This document shows, piece after piece, positions 1 to 9,094 of a stretch of 64,000 bases of DNA; the first letter of the stretch is position 1; every line of letters begins with the position of its first letter. This DNA is from Gammaproteobacteria bacterium (GTDB lineage: Bacteria > Pseudomonadota > Gammaproteobacteria > Pseudomonadales > Pseudohongiellaceae), in the NCBI GenBank assembly GCA_030832825.1, contig JAURIJ010000009.1, positions 8,902 through 72,901 on the forward strand, read 5' to 3'. Below the pieces are notes generated by a model. It was not told where the DNA came from. It ran no database searches and was given only the letters and a program-made list of their open reading frames with translations. The translations under genes were made by a program, and so were the position numbers.

Positions 1-411
1 ACCGATCATGAAGACGGTGAGCTGATCTGCGGCCTGCAGGGTCTGCTGCAGCCGGTTCACGGCCGACTCGATGTCCTCGCGCCGCGAGCTGCCGTCCACA
101 CGCGGGTTCGCGCCGGCGGTGGTGCCGTCATCCAGCAGCAGCGTGATGGTGTCGGCGCTGTAACCGTAGTCGCGTGCCAGCACGTCATGCAGCGAATTGG
201 ACCACTGCGAGAAGCGGGCGCGGATATCATCCGAGGCCGCAGCGCCCGTGATGATGAGCGCATGGCGGGCCGCTTCGGGACCGCCGCGGAACCAGACGTC
301 CTCCTGGTCGGCGCCCTGGGCGAGCAGCGTGGCAGGCAGACTGAGACCCAGCGTGAGCGCCAGACGCGCCGCCGCGGTCAACCGAGTCGTAGTGCGCATC
401 GCATGCATCAT
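1..411 (-). CDS. Secreted protein, N-terminal part only (gene runs off the left edge); clan CD (caspase/legumain-like) peptidase suspected
   Basis: Absent from the ORF track because it is truncated. The minus-strand frame from ATG 411..409 is open for all 137 codons to position 1. It reads MMHAMRTTTRLTAAARLALTLGLSLPATLLAQG (signal-peptide-like), then HALIITGAAASDD...SRREDIESAVNRLQ...DQLTVFMIG. That layout normally precedes the catalytic GHG of clan CD peptidases. ATGA overlap with the upstream stop (408..411). Confidence 0.55.
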   Translation of the reverse strand, partial: MMHAMRTTTRLTAAARLALTLGLSLPATLLAQGADQEDVWFRGGPEAARHALIITGAAASDDIRARFSQWSNSLHDVLARDYGYSADTITLLLDDGTTAGANPRVDGSSRREDIESAVNRLQQTLQAADQLTVFMIG

Positions 412-2717
412 GACAAGCCCTTGAATCGGCGCGCGACCCAGTCGGCGCACAGCAGCAGGATCAGGAGGAACAGCAGGGCCGGGGTGTCCCACAGGTCTTC
501 CTGCACTTCCACGGAGTAGGCATTGGGCGTGTAGGTGATGTCGTTCACCAGCGAGGAGGACTGCTCCAGGTCGTAGTAACGCCCGGCGCTGACCTGGGCG
601 ATGCGCTCCAGCAGGGCGGTGTCGCGACCGGCCGAGGTGAATTCGCGCAGGGAGGGCGTGACGACGAAGGCACTCATGCGCTCCGTGTCGCTGCGATCCG
701 CCTCGCCGGCGGCGCTGGGCACATCCACCAGCAGATTGAACACGCCCTCGTTCTGCACCTCGAAGCTGGTGCGGTAGACACCGTCACGGTCGATGTCCCA
801 CTCCATGGCAGCGTCCAGCAGCTCGCCCTGCGGGCCGGTCAGATGCACCCACACGGAAGCATTGTTGTCGGGCTGGTAATTGATGTCCCGCACGGTGGCG
901 GTGACCTCGACGCGGTCGCCCACGTGATAGAACTCGCGGTCGAACTCGATGGTGACGCGGTCGAGCGCCGACACCGAAAGCCAGCGCAACAGCTGACGCC
1001 AGAGGCGCTCATGGGACTGGTCCTCGGCCGGCATCATCATCTGCCAGCGCCAGGTGCTGGCACTGGTGATGGACATGCTGCGCCCACTGCCATAACGCTG
1101 CATTGCAATGATCGGCAGCGCCTGATTCTGGAACTGCAGCGCATTGTGCTCCATCAGCACGGTGGCGCCGGGCTTGGCGCGGCCGGTGACATAGGCACCC
1201 TGCAGATCGGGCATGGCAGCCCACAGGCGACGGTTCTCGGCGTCGTCACTGTGCAGGCGCAGCAGTTCAGAGAATTCGCCCGCCGTGGTGAGTGTCGGCG
1301 TGAAGACCTCGCCTGTCAGATGCGTGCCGCGCGTGATGCCGCCCTGCAGGTTCTGCGGCAGCACAGTGGACGGCACCAGGGTCACAGGCAGGATGTCGGC
1401 CAGCACGGTGTCGACGAACTCGTCCTGCAGCACGCCGGCCACGAGCAGGCCGCCGCCGCGCTCGGCCACGAAATCCTGCAGCATTTCCAATTGCTCATCG
1501 GTGAGGAAGTCACGGTCGATATCGCCCAGGATCACCGCCTCGTACTGATAGAGTTCCTCGCGCGACGAGGGGAAACCGGCGGACAGCTCCAGCGCCGACT
1601 CGATGCCCTGGCGGTAGAACTTGCCGGGGCCCGTCTGCAGGTACGTGGCCAGGCGCAGGGAGGTGTCGCCCTCCACGGCGCGGCGGATGAACTTGTATTC
1701 GTTGCGGGGGTGGCCGTCGACGTAGAGCACGTCCAGCGCCGGGCGTTCGGAGTTGTCGACGAGAAAGCTGTAACGATTGTTCTGCAGCACGATCTCGCCT
1801 TCCTGCTCCGCCACCTGCAGGGTGTAGACGATGGCTTCGCGCCGCTCCGGCTCCAGCTCGATGCTGACGCGCCGCGTGGAATTGTCGTCGCCCAGCACCA
1901 CCTGCTGGGTGCTCACGACCGTCTCGCCTTCGAGCACGGCCACTTCCACGGAACGATTGGCATAGCCCTGGTTGCTCAGGGCGATGTCCACATTGAAGAC
2001 CGAGCCTTCCAGCACCGTCTTGGCCGCCACCACATCGACAATGCCGACGTCGCGGGGAATGTTCTCCTGCCCCACGCCCACGGTGAACACCGGGATCTCG
2101 CGAGCGCCGAAGCTCTGGGCGCGGGGCAGCGGGTCGACGCCTTCGTTGTCGGCACCGTCACTGATCAGCAGCACGCCACCCAGGGCCAGTCCGCTCAGTT
2201 GCTCGTCCACATACTGCAGGGCCTGATCCAGCGAGGAGGCCGTGCCGGCCGCCGTGAGGGCGCCAGGCTCCGAGACACGCTGGGTGTTCTTGTCGAAGCG
2301 GAAAGTGCGCACCTGGAAGGTGTCGCCCAGGCCCTCGACGGTGCCGGCACTGCCGTACAGCAGTTCGCTCACGGCTGCCGCCCTGGTCTGCGCGCCGGCC
2401 AGATCGGGAATGCTCATGCTCTGGGAATCATCGACCAGGATGGCGAGGTAGGTCTCCTGGGGCACGACCTGCTCGGTGGTGACCACCGGCCGCAGCAGAC
2501 AGATGAAGAGCAGGATCAGCACCAGGGAGCGCAGCGTGATCAGCCCCGTCTTCCAGGCCGGCGACAACGCGCGGGTGGTCTTGCGATAGGACCACCAGAC
2601 CACACTGACCAGCGCCACCACGAGCAGCAGCGCCAGCCAGGGACTGAGGCCGTAAGCGAAGGTGAAACGCCCCTGCGCGATGGCCTCCAGATAGTGTTGG
2701 TCCAGAATGAAATTCAT
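408..2717 (-). CDS. BatA-like membrane protein: N-terminal double-TM region, VWA domain, C-terminal GATase1-like region
   Basis: 769-aa ORF with two N-terminal hydrophobic helices (WLALLLVVALVSVVWW, LVLILLFICLL). VWA MIDAS motif AILVDDSQSMS with downstream LLISDGADN. A later segment (LDVLYVDGHPRNEYKF...AVILGDID...GGGLLVAG) is typical of Bat/DUF1355-like proteins. Confidence 0.85.
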   Translation of the reverse strand: MNFILDQHYLEAIAQGRFTFAYGLSPWLALLLVVALVSVVWWSYRKTTRALSPAWKTGLITLRSLVLILLFICLLRPVVTTEQVVPQETYLAILVDDSQSMSIPDLAGAQTRAAAVSELLYGSAGTVEGLGDTFQVRTFRFDKNTQRVSEPGALTAAGTASSLDQALQYVDEQLSGLALGGVLLISDGADNEGVDPLPRAQSFGAREIPVFTVGVGQENIPRDVGIVDVVAAKTVLEGSVFNVDIALSNQGYANRSVEVAVLEGETVVSTQQVVLGDDNSTRRVSIELEPERREAIVYTLQVAEQEGEIVLQNNRYSFLVDNSERPALDVLYVDGHPRNEYKFIRRAVEGDTSLRLATYLQTGPGKFYRQGIESALELSAGFPSSREELYQYEAVILGDIDRDFLTDEQLEMLQDFVAERGGGLLVAGVLQDEFVDTVLADILPVTLVPSTVLPQNLQGGITRGTHLTGEVFTPTLTTAGEFSELLRLHSDDAENRRLWAAMPDLQGAYVTGRAKPGATVLMEHNALQFQNQALPIIAMQRYGSGRSMSITSASTWRWQMMMPAEDQSHERLWRQLLRWLSVSALDRVTIEFDREFYHVGDRVEVTATVRDINYQPDNNASVWVHLTGPQGELLDAAMEWDIDRDGVYRTSFEVQNEGVFNLLVDVPSAAGEADRSDTERMSAFVVTPSLREFTSAGRDTALLERIAQVSAGRYYDLEQSSSLVNDITYTPNAYSVEVQEDLWDTPALLFLLILLLCADWVARRFKGLS

Positions 2718-2719
2718 CG

Positions 2720-5700
2720 TCAGGGCGCCGTGCCGCCTGCCCCGTTGTTCTCGGACAGCACGCGATAATACTCCTCGACGAGGCGGCGGTATTGATCGGG
2801 TACGTCTTCCTCAGCCGAGGCATAGAGTTTCTGATTGATGCGGTCCAACTCGGCCTGCGCCCGCAGCGCGGCTTCCAGTTCCATGATCGGCTGCAGCAGG
2901 GCTTCGAACAGCTCCGGCTGACTCAGGAAATCCTCGATGCCCTGACGGGTGATCTCGCTGCGGATGGAGCGAGCATTGCCCAGAGCAAGCGTGGTGCCGC
3001 CGGTGCCCGGACGGCCATCACCGCCGCCGGCATTCTGCCCCTGCTGCGCCTGCCCCTGCTGTCTGCCGGACTGCTGCCCCCCCTGACTCTGCTGGCCCTG
3101 TTGCCCGGGCTGCCCGGGCTGACCAGGTTGCCCGCCCTGCGCCAGCTGGCCGCGCTGGGCGGCCGTGCGCTCGGCCATCTGCTGCTGTTGCAGCTGTTCG
3201 GCGAGTTGCTGGGAGAGTTGCTGCGAACGCTCGAGCTGCTGCCGCATCTGGGCGATGGAGGCGTCGCTCTGATTGCCGCCATTCAAGGCCTGCACCTGAT
3301 TCTGCAGCGCCTGCATCTGTTCCATCAGCTCGGCCGCGTCACGCGCGGCCTGTTGGATCGGATCTGCCGAGTTCGGCTGATTGGCAGAGTTCATGGCTTG
3401 GAGACTGGCACCGAGTTCCTCCAGAGAATCACCCACTTCCCGCTCCAGATCGACGGCCAGATTGACCATGCCATTGCTGAGCACGCGGCCACTGGTGTCC
3501 ATGGTCTCGCGCAGCGGACGGATGGCACGGCTGGCCTGCTGGGCCTGGGACAGCAGCTGCTGATCCTCGGCCTCGCCCCGCGCGATGATGGCGCGCAGCA
3601 TCCTCTCGATCTCTTCCAGCTCGCGGCGCTGCTGCTGTTGCTCGGCCACCAGCTCCTGCAGTTCCTCGTTGCCGCGGGCCGTCTGCCGGGTCTGGCCCAG
3701 GCCCTGCTGACGATTCGCGGCTTCCAGCGCCTGCTGCAGTTCGCGCTGATCCTCCAGCAACTGCTGGCCGCGCTGGGCGGCGTTCTGTGCCAGCTGACTC
3801 ACGGACGTGGTCTGCTCGGCCCGCATCTGGCGCTGCTGCTCTCGCAGACTCTCCAGCGCGCGCTGGCTGCGGGCGGCTGCCTGGGCAGGGGATTCTGCCT
3901 GAGCGGCTTCGGCCATCTGCTGTGCAGCACGCTCCAGCTGGCTCTGCCCCCCGGACTGCTGGGCGGTCTGCTGGGCGGTCTGCTGGCCGCCCTGCTGCTC
4001 CGGAGACGACTGCCCGCCGGAGGCCCCGGCCTGCTGGGACTGGCCGCTCTGCTGTGACTGCCCGGACTGCTGGGACTGGCCAACCTGGCCGCCCTGCTGC
4101 CCCTGGGCACCCGGCTGCTGCTGACTCTGCTGGCTGCGCTGGCCGCCCTGCTGACGCGAGAGTTGCTGGGCCAGCTGCTGCACTTCCTGACTCAGCTGTT
4201 CCTGTTCACGCTGCAGACGCTCCAGCTCACGTCGGCGCTGCTCTTCATTCATGGCTTCCAGACGACGGGCCAGATCGCGCTGGGCACGGGTCAGCCCTTC
4301 CTGGCGCCGCGCCAGCTCCTCCAGCTTGTTCTCTTCCTCGGTGGCCTGAGCCCCACCGCCGCCACCGGCGCTCTGCGGGGTCTCATAGCGGTTCTCGAGC
4401 TGGCCCATCTCCATCTCGAACAGCTCGCGCAGGTCCTCGCGCTCCTGCTGGGCGCCGCCGCCCCCGCCGCCACCCCCGGCCTGCTGGGTGCTGATGTCGG
4501 TGCGATTGATCTCTGCCTCGGCCTTGAGCACGTACTGCAGCGCCACCTGTTCCGGCTTGAGGGCACTGGTGACCTGCTGCTTCTCGAGTTCGGCGATCGC
4601 CAGATTCATCTGCTCGATGGCCAGTTGCAGGTTCATCACCGCGTTGTCGTAGCTGTCATCGGAGAAATTCAGCCGCTCGGCAAGACGGTCGATGGACTGC
4701 TGCGCCCGCGTGGTGGCCTCGGCCTGGGACTCGGCGATGATGCGGATATCCTCGGCCAGCGTGGCCGGATCGGTGTCGATGGGCAGATTGCGCAGCTTCC
4801 AGGTGGCCGCGATGATGTCCTTCTGCAGCGTGACCAGGGCACTGCTCTCGCCGCCCTGCTGCCCGCCTCCGCCGCCACCACCGCCCTGCTGCCCGCCCGC
4901 GCGGCGGAATTCCTGGTCGGTGGGAATGACCTGCAGGAAATAGATGTCGGACACCACCTGGGCGGGGCCGCTGAGCCCGTTGTTGTCGGCCAGGGTGAGG
5001 TAGTAGCTGACGAAGTCCCCCGGGGCGACACCCAGGTCTTCCAGGTAGAGCATCTCGGCGCCGGAAATGGTGCGGGTCTGCTCGTCCGGCAGGAAATCCA
5101 CTGCCACCTCATCACTGCCCACCACGTTGTAGTGCAGATTGAATTCGCTCAGGCCGTAATCGTCGCTGGCATCGACTTCCAGCACCACCTCTTCCAGCGG
5201 CATCACGTCGGTGTCACGCCCCGGGCTGCGCAGCGCCAATTCCGGCGGCAAGTCGGGAATCGCGCGGATGTAGTAGTCCGCCGGGTCCTTGCTTTCCAGG
5301 TCTTCGAAGTCGCGGGCCACGATGCGGTAGACGCCGTCAGCCGCCACAGTGAAGCTGGCCGTACCTGTGCTGCCGTCGATGTTCAGGGGAATGCTGGTGT
5401 AGCCGGAGCCTTCCTGGAATTCGATGCTGGCCGTCTCGATGGCCTTGTTGAAGCTGACCTGCAGGCTGACCTGGGTTCCCTCGGGCACCAGCATGTCGCC
5501 GGCATCCTCTTCGGTGTTGTCCGCGATGCCGGTGTAGTCGGGGTACTCATAGGCCACGTCGATCGACTCGACGCGGGGCAGGTCGAACACGGTGATGCGG
5601 AACTGCTCGGAACGCTGCTCGCCGTTCTGCTCGAAGTTGACGTAGTAGACCAGGCTTTCCTGCACCGATGGCAGGTAATAGCTGTAGCTGGCGCTGTCAC

Positions 5701-6502
5701 TGCCGCTGGCCTCCTGCGGCATGCTCAGATCCTGCCAGTTGACGTTGTCGCTCTGGATGCGCAGCTGGATCTCGCTCGGCATGGCATTGGTGACGCGCGC
5801 CACGATGGTGGCGGGCTCGCCGCGCTGCATGGAGATGTCGCCCGGCTCGATGCTGATCAGTATCTCGCGCGGCGGCTCCTGCACCGCTATTTCGGCCTGC
5901 GGTTCGGCGCTGAAGGGCCAGAACAACCGGCTCGCGGCTGACAGCATGACTTCGGAGAGCATCAGGGCCACGACGGCCACCCCGAAGGCGGCGGTCGCGG
6001 CACCGAGGGAGATCCAGGGCGTCTTCGATTCGGCCACCTGTTCGACGCGGGCCTGCTGCTCCTGCACGTGGGCCTCGGCGTCCGCCCACAGCTGTCGCAC
6101 GAACTGGCGCGAGACACCGGAGCGACCGGCGCCCTGCTCGTCGGAGGTGAACTCCAGCGAGGTCAGCAGCCGCTGCTCGAGGTCGGGAATGCGATCCTCC
6201 ACGAAATGCGCCAGGAACTGGTCGTCCCCCTGCAGACGGCGCAGACTACCCGCCGTGAACCAGGCGGCTGCCGCGATGCCGCCGAGCAGCAGCAGAAACA
6301 GCAGAACGGCACCGGTGCGACCGGGATTCAGCAGAGCCTCTATGCCGGCGAGCAGCAGCGTCCAGGCGACGATGGCGAAGACGGCGAGACTGACATGGTG
6401 CAGGGTGTTCAGCCGGGTGCGGCGACGACGGATGGTGCTGAGGGTATGGCGCAGGTTTTCGAGTGTGGGAGATGCCATGTCGATTCTTCTTGCCTCTGCC
6501 AA
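2720..6502 (-). CDS. Large membrane-anchored, Q/G-rich coiled-coil protein (DUF4175-like), first gene of a Bat-like operon
   Basis: 1260-aa ORF with N-terminal TM helices and a beta-rich middle region. The C-terminal half is dominated by Gln/Gly/Ala/Glu/Arg heptad-like low complexity, three poly-Gly runs and GQSQQS / GQPGQP repeats. Its stop lies 2 nt from the next gene's start. This resembles the low-complexity DUF4175 proteins that accompany VWA/BatA genes. Confidence 0.8.
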   Translation of the reverse strand: MAEARRIDMASPTLENLRHTLSTIRRRRTRLNTLHHVSLAVFAIVAWTLLLAGIEALLNPGRTGAVLLFLLLLGGIAAAAWFTAGSLRRLQGDDQFLAHFVEDRIPDLEQRLLTSLEFTSDEQGAGRSGVSRQFVRQLWADAEAHVQEQQARVEQVAESKTPWISLGAATAAFGVAVVALMLSEVMLSAASRLFWPFSAEPQAEIAVQEPPREILISIEPGDISMQRGEPATIVARVTNAMPSEIQLRIQSDNVNWQDLSMPQEASGSDSASYSYYLPSVQESLVYYVNFEQNGEQRSEQFRITVFDLPRVESIDVAYEYPDYTGIADNTEEDAGDMLVPEGTQVSLQVSFNKAIETASIEFQEGSGYTSIPLNIDGSTGTASFTVAADGVYRIVARDFEDLESKDPADYYIRAIPDLPPELALRSPGRDTDVMPLEEVVLEVDASDDYGLSEFNLHYNVVGSDEVAVDFLPDEQTRTISGAEMLYLEDLGVAPGDFVSYYLTLADNNGLSGPAQVVSDIYFLQVIPTDQEFRRAGGQQGGGGGGGGQQGGESSALVTLQKDIIAATWKLRNLPIDTDPATLAEDIRIIAESQAEATTRAQQSIDRLAERLNFSDDSYDNAVMNLQLAIEQMNLAIAELEKQQVTSALKPEQVALQYVLKAEAEINRTDISTQQAGGGGGGGGAQQEREDLRELFEMEMGQLENRYETPQSAGGGGGAQATEEENKLEELARRQEGLTRAQRDLARRLEAMNEEQRRRELERLQREQEQLSQEVQQLAQQLSRQQGGQRSQQSQQQPGAQGQQGGQVGQSQQSGQSQQSGQSQQAGASGGQSSPEQQGGQQTAQQTAQQSGGQSQLERAAQQMAEAAQAESPAQAAARSQRALESLREQQRQMRAEQTTSVSQLAQNAAQRGQQLLEDQRELQQALEAANRQQGLGQTRQTARGNEELQELVAEQQQQRRELEEIERMLRAIIARGEAEDQQLLSQAQQASRAIRPLRETMDTSGRVLSNGMVNLAVDLEREVGDSLEELGASLQAMNSANQPNSADPIQQAARDAAELMEQMQALQNQVQALNGGNQSDASIAQMRQQLERSQQLSQQLAEQLQQQQMAERTAAQRGQLAQGGQPGQPGQPGQQGQQSQGGQQSGRQQGQAQQGQNAGGGDGRPGTGGTTLALGNARSIRSEITRQGIEDFLSQPELFEALLQPIMELEAALRAQAELDRINQKLYASAEEDVPDQYRRLVEEYYRVLSENNGAGGTAP
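3101..3136 (-). repeat. In-frame 9-nt tandem repeat x4 (encodes GQPGQPGQPGQ)
   Basis: Plus strand reads ttgcccggg ctgcccggg ctgaccagg ttgcccgcc, inside the 1260-aa gene. Confidence 0.9.
4028..4081 (-). repeat. In-frame 18-nt tandem repeat x3 (encodes GQSQQS GQSQQS GQSQQA)
   Basis: Minus-strand units are GGCCAGTCCCAGCAGTCC / GGGCAGTCACAGCAGAGC / GGCCAGTCCCAGCAGGCC, read directly from the sequence. Confidence 0.9.
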
Positions 6503-6770
6503 AACGTGAGGGACACCAGCGTTTCAAGACCATGTCGCATTCCGCAAAATGCGCCCGACAGGACCTGCTCCTGTGCCGCCGGGAAGGCCCAACTATCCCA
6601 CTAACTCCGCAGCGAAAGCAAGCAAGCCGCAGCCCGTAGGGGAGACCGCAGGCACGCGCCAAGACTTTCCGCTGCGCTCCACATTTTGCCACCATTGCGG
6701 CCAGCCGAGGCTTGAGAACCTTGCCCGAGGTCGCTAGATTGCCCGGGTTTGCCGCCCTCTGGATGCCTTC

Positions 6771-7907
6771 ATGAAAGCCCTGCTCCTGTCTGCCTACGAC
6801 GCCGCAAGCCATCGTGTCTGGCGGGAAAATCTGTACGCCATGTTGCCGCAGATCTCGTGGACCACGCTGACACTGCCACCGCGCTACTTCGCCTGGCGCG
6901 TGCGCGGCAACAGCCTGAGCTGGGCATTCAAGCACCGGTCCGAGCTGACAGAGCACCACGACTTCCTGCTCTGCACCTCGATGACGGACCTCTCGGCCCT
7001 GCGCGGCTTCGTCCCGTCACTGGGGCAGCTTCCCACCATCGTCTACTGTCACGAGAACCAGTTCGCCTACCCGGAGAATCCGCAGGGTCCGCGCGTGAAC
7101 CCGGTCGAGCCCCAGATGCTCAGCCTCTACACGGCCTTGTGCGCTGACCGCCTCGTCTTCAATAGCGAGTGGAACCGCAGCAGTTTCCTGCAGGGTGCCT
7201 CGGCCCTGCTGCGCAAGCTGCCGGACGAGGTGCCCGATGGGCTGCCGGAGCGCCTGGGGCGCAGCGTCGTGCTGCCGGTGCCACTGGACGCCTCGCTCTG
7301 GCAGCCGCGATCGACGCCGGCGGAAGCGGAGGTGCTGAGCATCGTGTGGAATCATCGCTGGGAATTCGACAAGGGCCCGGCGCTGCTGCTGGCGATCGTG
7401 GACGCGCTGATCCAGCAGCGCGTGCGCTTTCGGCTGCATCTGCTCGGACAGCGCTTCCGCCAGGCGCCGCCCGAGTTCGGCGCCCTGCAGGCACGGCTCG
7501 CGCACTGGCATGTTGAGACAGGCATCCGGGCCGGCCACATCGGCTGCGTGGACGAGCAGAGCGCGTATCGCCAGCTGCTGGCGGCCAGTGACGTGGTGCT
7601 GAGCACCGCCCTGCACGATTTCCAGGGCCTCTCCCTGCAGGAGGCCAGTGCGCTGGGCTGTGCCGCTCTGGCGCCGTCACGACTGGTCTATCCGGAATAC
7701 CTCGCGCCGGCGCATCTTTATCAAGGCACGGGGACGGTGTCGGAACAAGCGGCGAGCGCAGCGGCGCGTCTGCAGGAATGGGCAGGGCGCAAGGCGGCCG
7801 GCCTGCCGCTGCCCTTGGCCGACATGCGCGCCTGCCATCCCGAGACCCTGCGCTCCGGCTATCAACAGCTGATTCAGGGGCTGTTCAGCCCGCCTGCAGC
7901 ACCGTGA
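6771..7907 (+). CDS. DUF3524 + GT4-type glycosyltransferase, homologue of vertebrate GTDC1/QTMAN (tRNA-queuosine mannosyltransferase)
   Basis: 378-aa ORF. Motifs IVYCHENQFAYP, LVFNSEWN, IVWNHRWEFDKGP, DVVLSTALHDFQGLSLQEA and LVYPEYL line up with blocks I recall from human GTDC1 (YFHENQLIYP, VVFNS, IVWPHRWEHDK, DVVISTAKHEFFG, LVYPEIF). Confidence 0.88.
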   Translation: MKALLLSAYDAASHRVWRENLYAMLPQISWTTLTLPPRYFAWRVRGNSLSWAFKHRSELTEHHDFLLCTSMTDLSALRGFVPSLGQLPTIVYCHENQFAYPENPQGPRVNPVEPQMLSLYTALCADRLVFNSEWNRSSFLQGASALLRKLPDEVPDGLPERLGRSVVLPVPLDASLWQPRSTPAEAEVLSIVWNHRWEFDKGPALLLAIVDALIQQRVRFRLHLLGQRFRQAPPEFGALQARLAHWHVETGIRAGHIGCVDEQSAYRQLLAASDVVLSTALHDFQGLSLQEASALGCAALAPSRLVYPEYLAPAHLYQGTGTVSEQAASAAARLQEWAGRKAAGLPLPLADMRACHPETLRSGYQQLIQGLFSPPAAP

Positions 7908-8019
7908 GAACAGCAGGCGCCGGGGAGAATCTTCTTGAACGCGGCGCCGCCGAAACGCTACAGTTCGGCCAGACCGGATGCTGCCTGCGCGCAGGCCGCC
8001 ACTTCACCTCGGAGCCACC

Positions 8020-9090
8020 ATGACGTCAGTTCGCCACGGATTCTTCACCCTCACCGCTCTCGCCGCTGCGCTCGGCGTCAGCCTGCTGCAGGCGCAGCCG
8101 GCAGAACAACCCGCGCCCGAGCCGGTGGATGACACCGCCGCCTTCCAGGCCTGGCTGGCGGATTTTCGCACCGAAGCGCTGAGCCGCGGCATCCGCGCCG
8201 CAACACTGGATGCCATCCTGCCCACCATCGAACAGCAGCGCCGCGTCATCCAGGCCGATCGCGCCCAGGCCGAGTTCGTCGAAACCTATGCGGATTATCT
8301 GGAGCGCGTCAGCCCGCGCCGCATCGAGATGGGCAAGACCCTGTTCGCCGAACAGGGTGCCATGCTGGAGGCAGCTGCCGCTCCCTACCACGTGCAGCCG
8401 CGCTTCGTGGCAGCAGTGCTGGGCATGGAAAGCAACTACGGCACCTTCCCGATCACCGAACCACTGTTCAATGTGGTGGCCACGCTGGCCTTCGACAGCC
8501 GGCGCGGCGAGCAATTCCGCAACGAGCTGTTCGCCGCCTTCGAGATCGTCGACAAGGGCTATGCCACGCCGGACATGATGAAGAGCTCCTGGGCGGGTGC
8601 GCTCGGCGCCCCGCAGTTCATGCCGGGCAGCTATCTGCGTCTGGCGGTGGATCAGGATGGCGACGGCCGCCGCGATCTGTGGAACATGGGTCCGGATGTG
8701 ATCGGTTCCGTGGCCAATTATCTGAACTCCACGGGCTGGCAGGACAATCAGACCTGGGGCCGCGTGGTGAGCCTGCCGCCGGGTGGCGAACAATCCCTGC
8801 CGGCGCCGCAGAACGTGGGACTCGACCCAGACGCCACCTGCCGGCGCTACACCACCATGGGCGCCTGGCGCAGTCTGAGCGATTGGCAGGAACTCGGGGT
8901 GCGCAAGGCCGACGGCACGGACCTGCCCACGCGGCCGCTGGCGGCGGCGCTGATCATCGGGGATGAAGGGGATGACAAGGGCTATCTGGTGTACCGCAAC
9001 TTCTGCTCGCTGCTGCGCTACAACCCGTCGTTCAAGTATGCGCTGGGCGTGAGTCTGCTGTCGGACGCCATCGCCGGCATCGAGGACTGA
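8020..9090 (+). CDS. Lytic murein transglycosylase (MltB / SLT_2 family)
   Basis: ORF track gives 7978..9090. I prefer ATG 8020, preceded by GGAG at 8011, giving signal peptide MTSVRHGFFTLTALAAALGVSLLQAQP. Family motifs: AAVLGMESNYG, GALGAPQFMPGSY, DGDGRRDLW and C-terminal YNPSFKYALGV. Confidence 0.88.
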   Translation: MTSVRHGFFTLTALAAALGVSLLQAQPAEQPAPEPVDDTAAFQAWLADFRTEALSRGIRAATLDAILPTIEQQRRVIQADRAQAEFVETYADYLERVSPRRIEMGKTLFAEQGAMLEAAAAPYHVQPRFVAAVLGMESNYGTFPITEPLFNVVATLAFDSRRGEQFRNELFAAFEIVDKGYATPDMMKSSWAGALGAPQFMPGSYLRLAVDQDGDGRRDLWNMGPDVIGSVANYLNSTGWQDNQTWGRVVSLPPGGEQSLPAPQNVGLDPDATCRRYTTMGAWRSLSDWQELGVRKADGTDLPTRPLAAALIIGDEGDDKGYLVYRNFCSLLRYNPSFKYALGVSLLSDAIAGIED

Positions 9091-9094
9091 AGGC

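Noticed and set aside
843-2768. Very long ORFs antisense to or overlapping called genes. Examples: 843..2768 +, 2792..4057 +, 4163..5941 +, 9326..11317 +, 11406..12758 -, 14867..16114 +, 16404..18932 +, 24672..25955 -, 42192..44063 -, 45129..46667 +, 47627..48940 +, 49644..50891 -, 50627..52483 -, 52568..55033 -, 56210..58027 +, 58059..60782 +, 60974..62170 -.
   Set aside because: Their translations are Arg/Ala/Gly/His/Gln-rich with no recognisable motifs. Each lies opposite a gene with clear family signatures. Stop-poor antisense frames are expected at this GC content.
2990-4900. Repetitive DNA in the 1260-aa gene as a CRISPR array or other non-coding repeat array.
   Set aside because: The repeats are short (9 and 18 nt), in-frame and contiguous without spacers, and they lie inside a continuous ORF.
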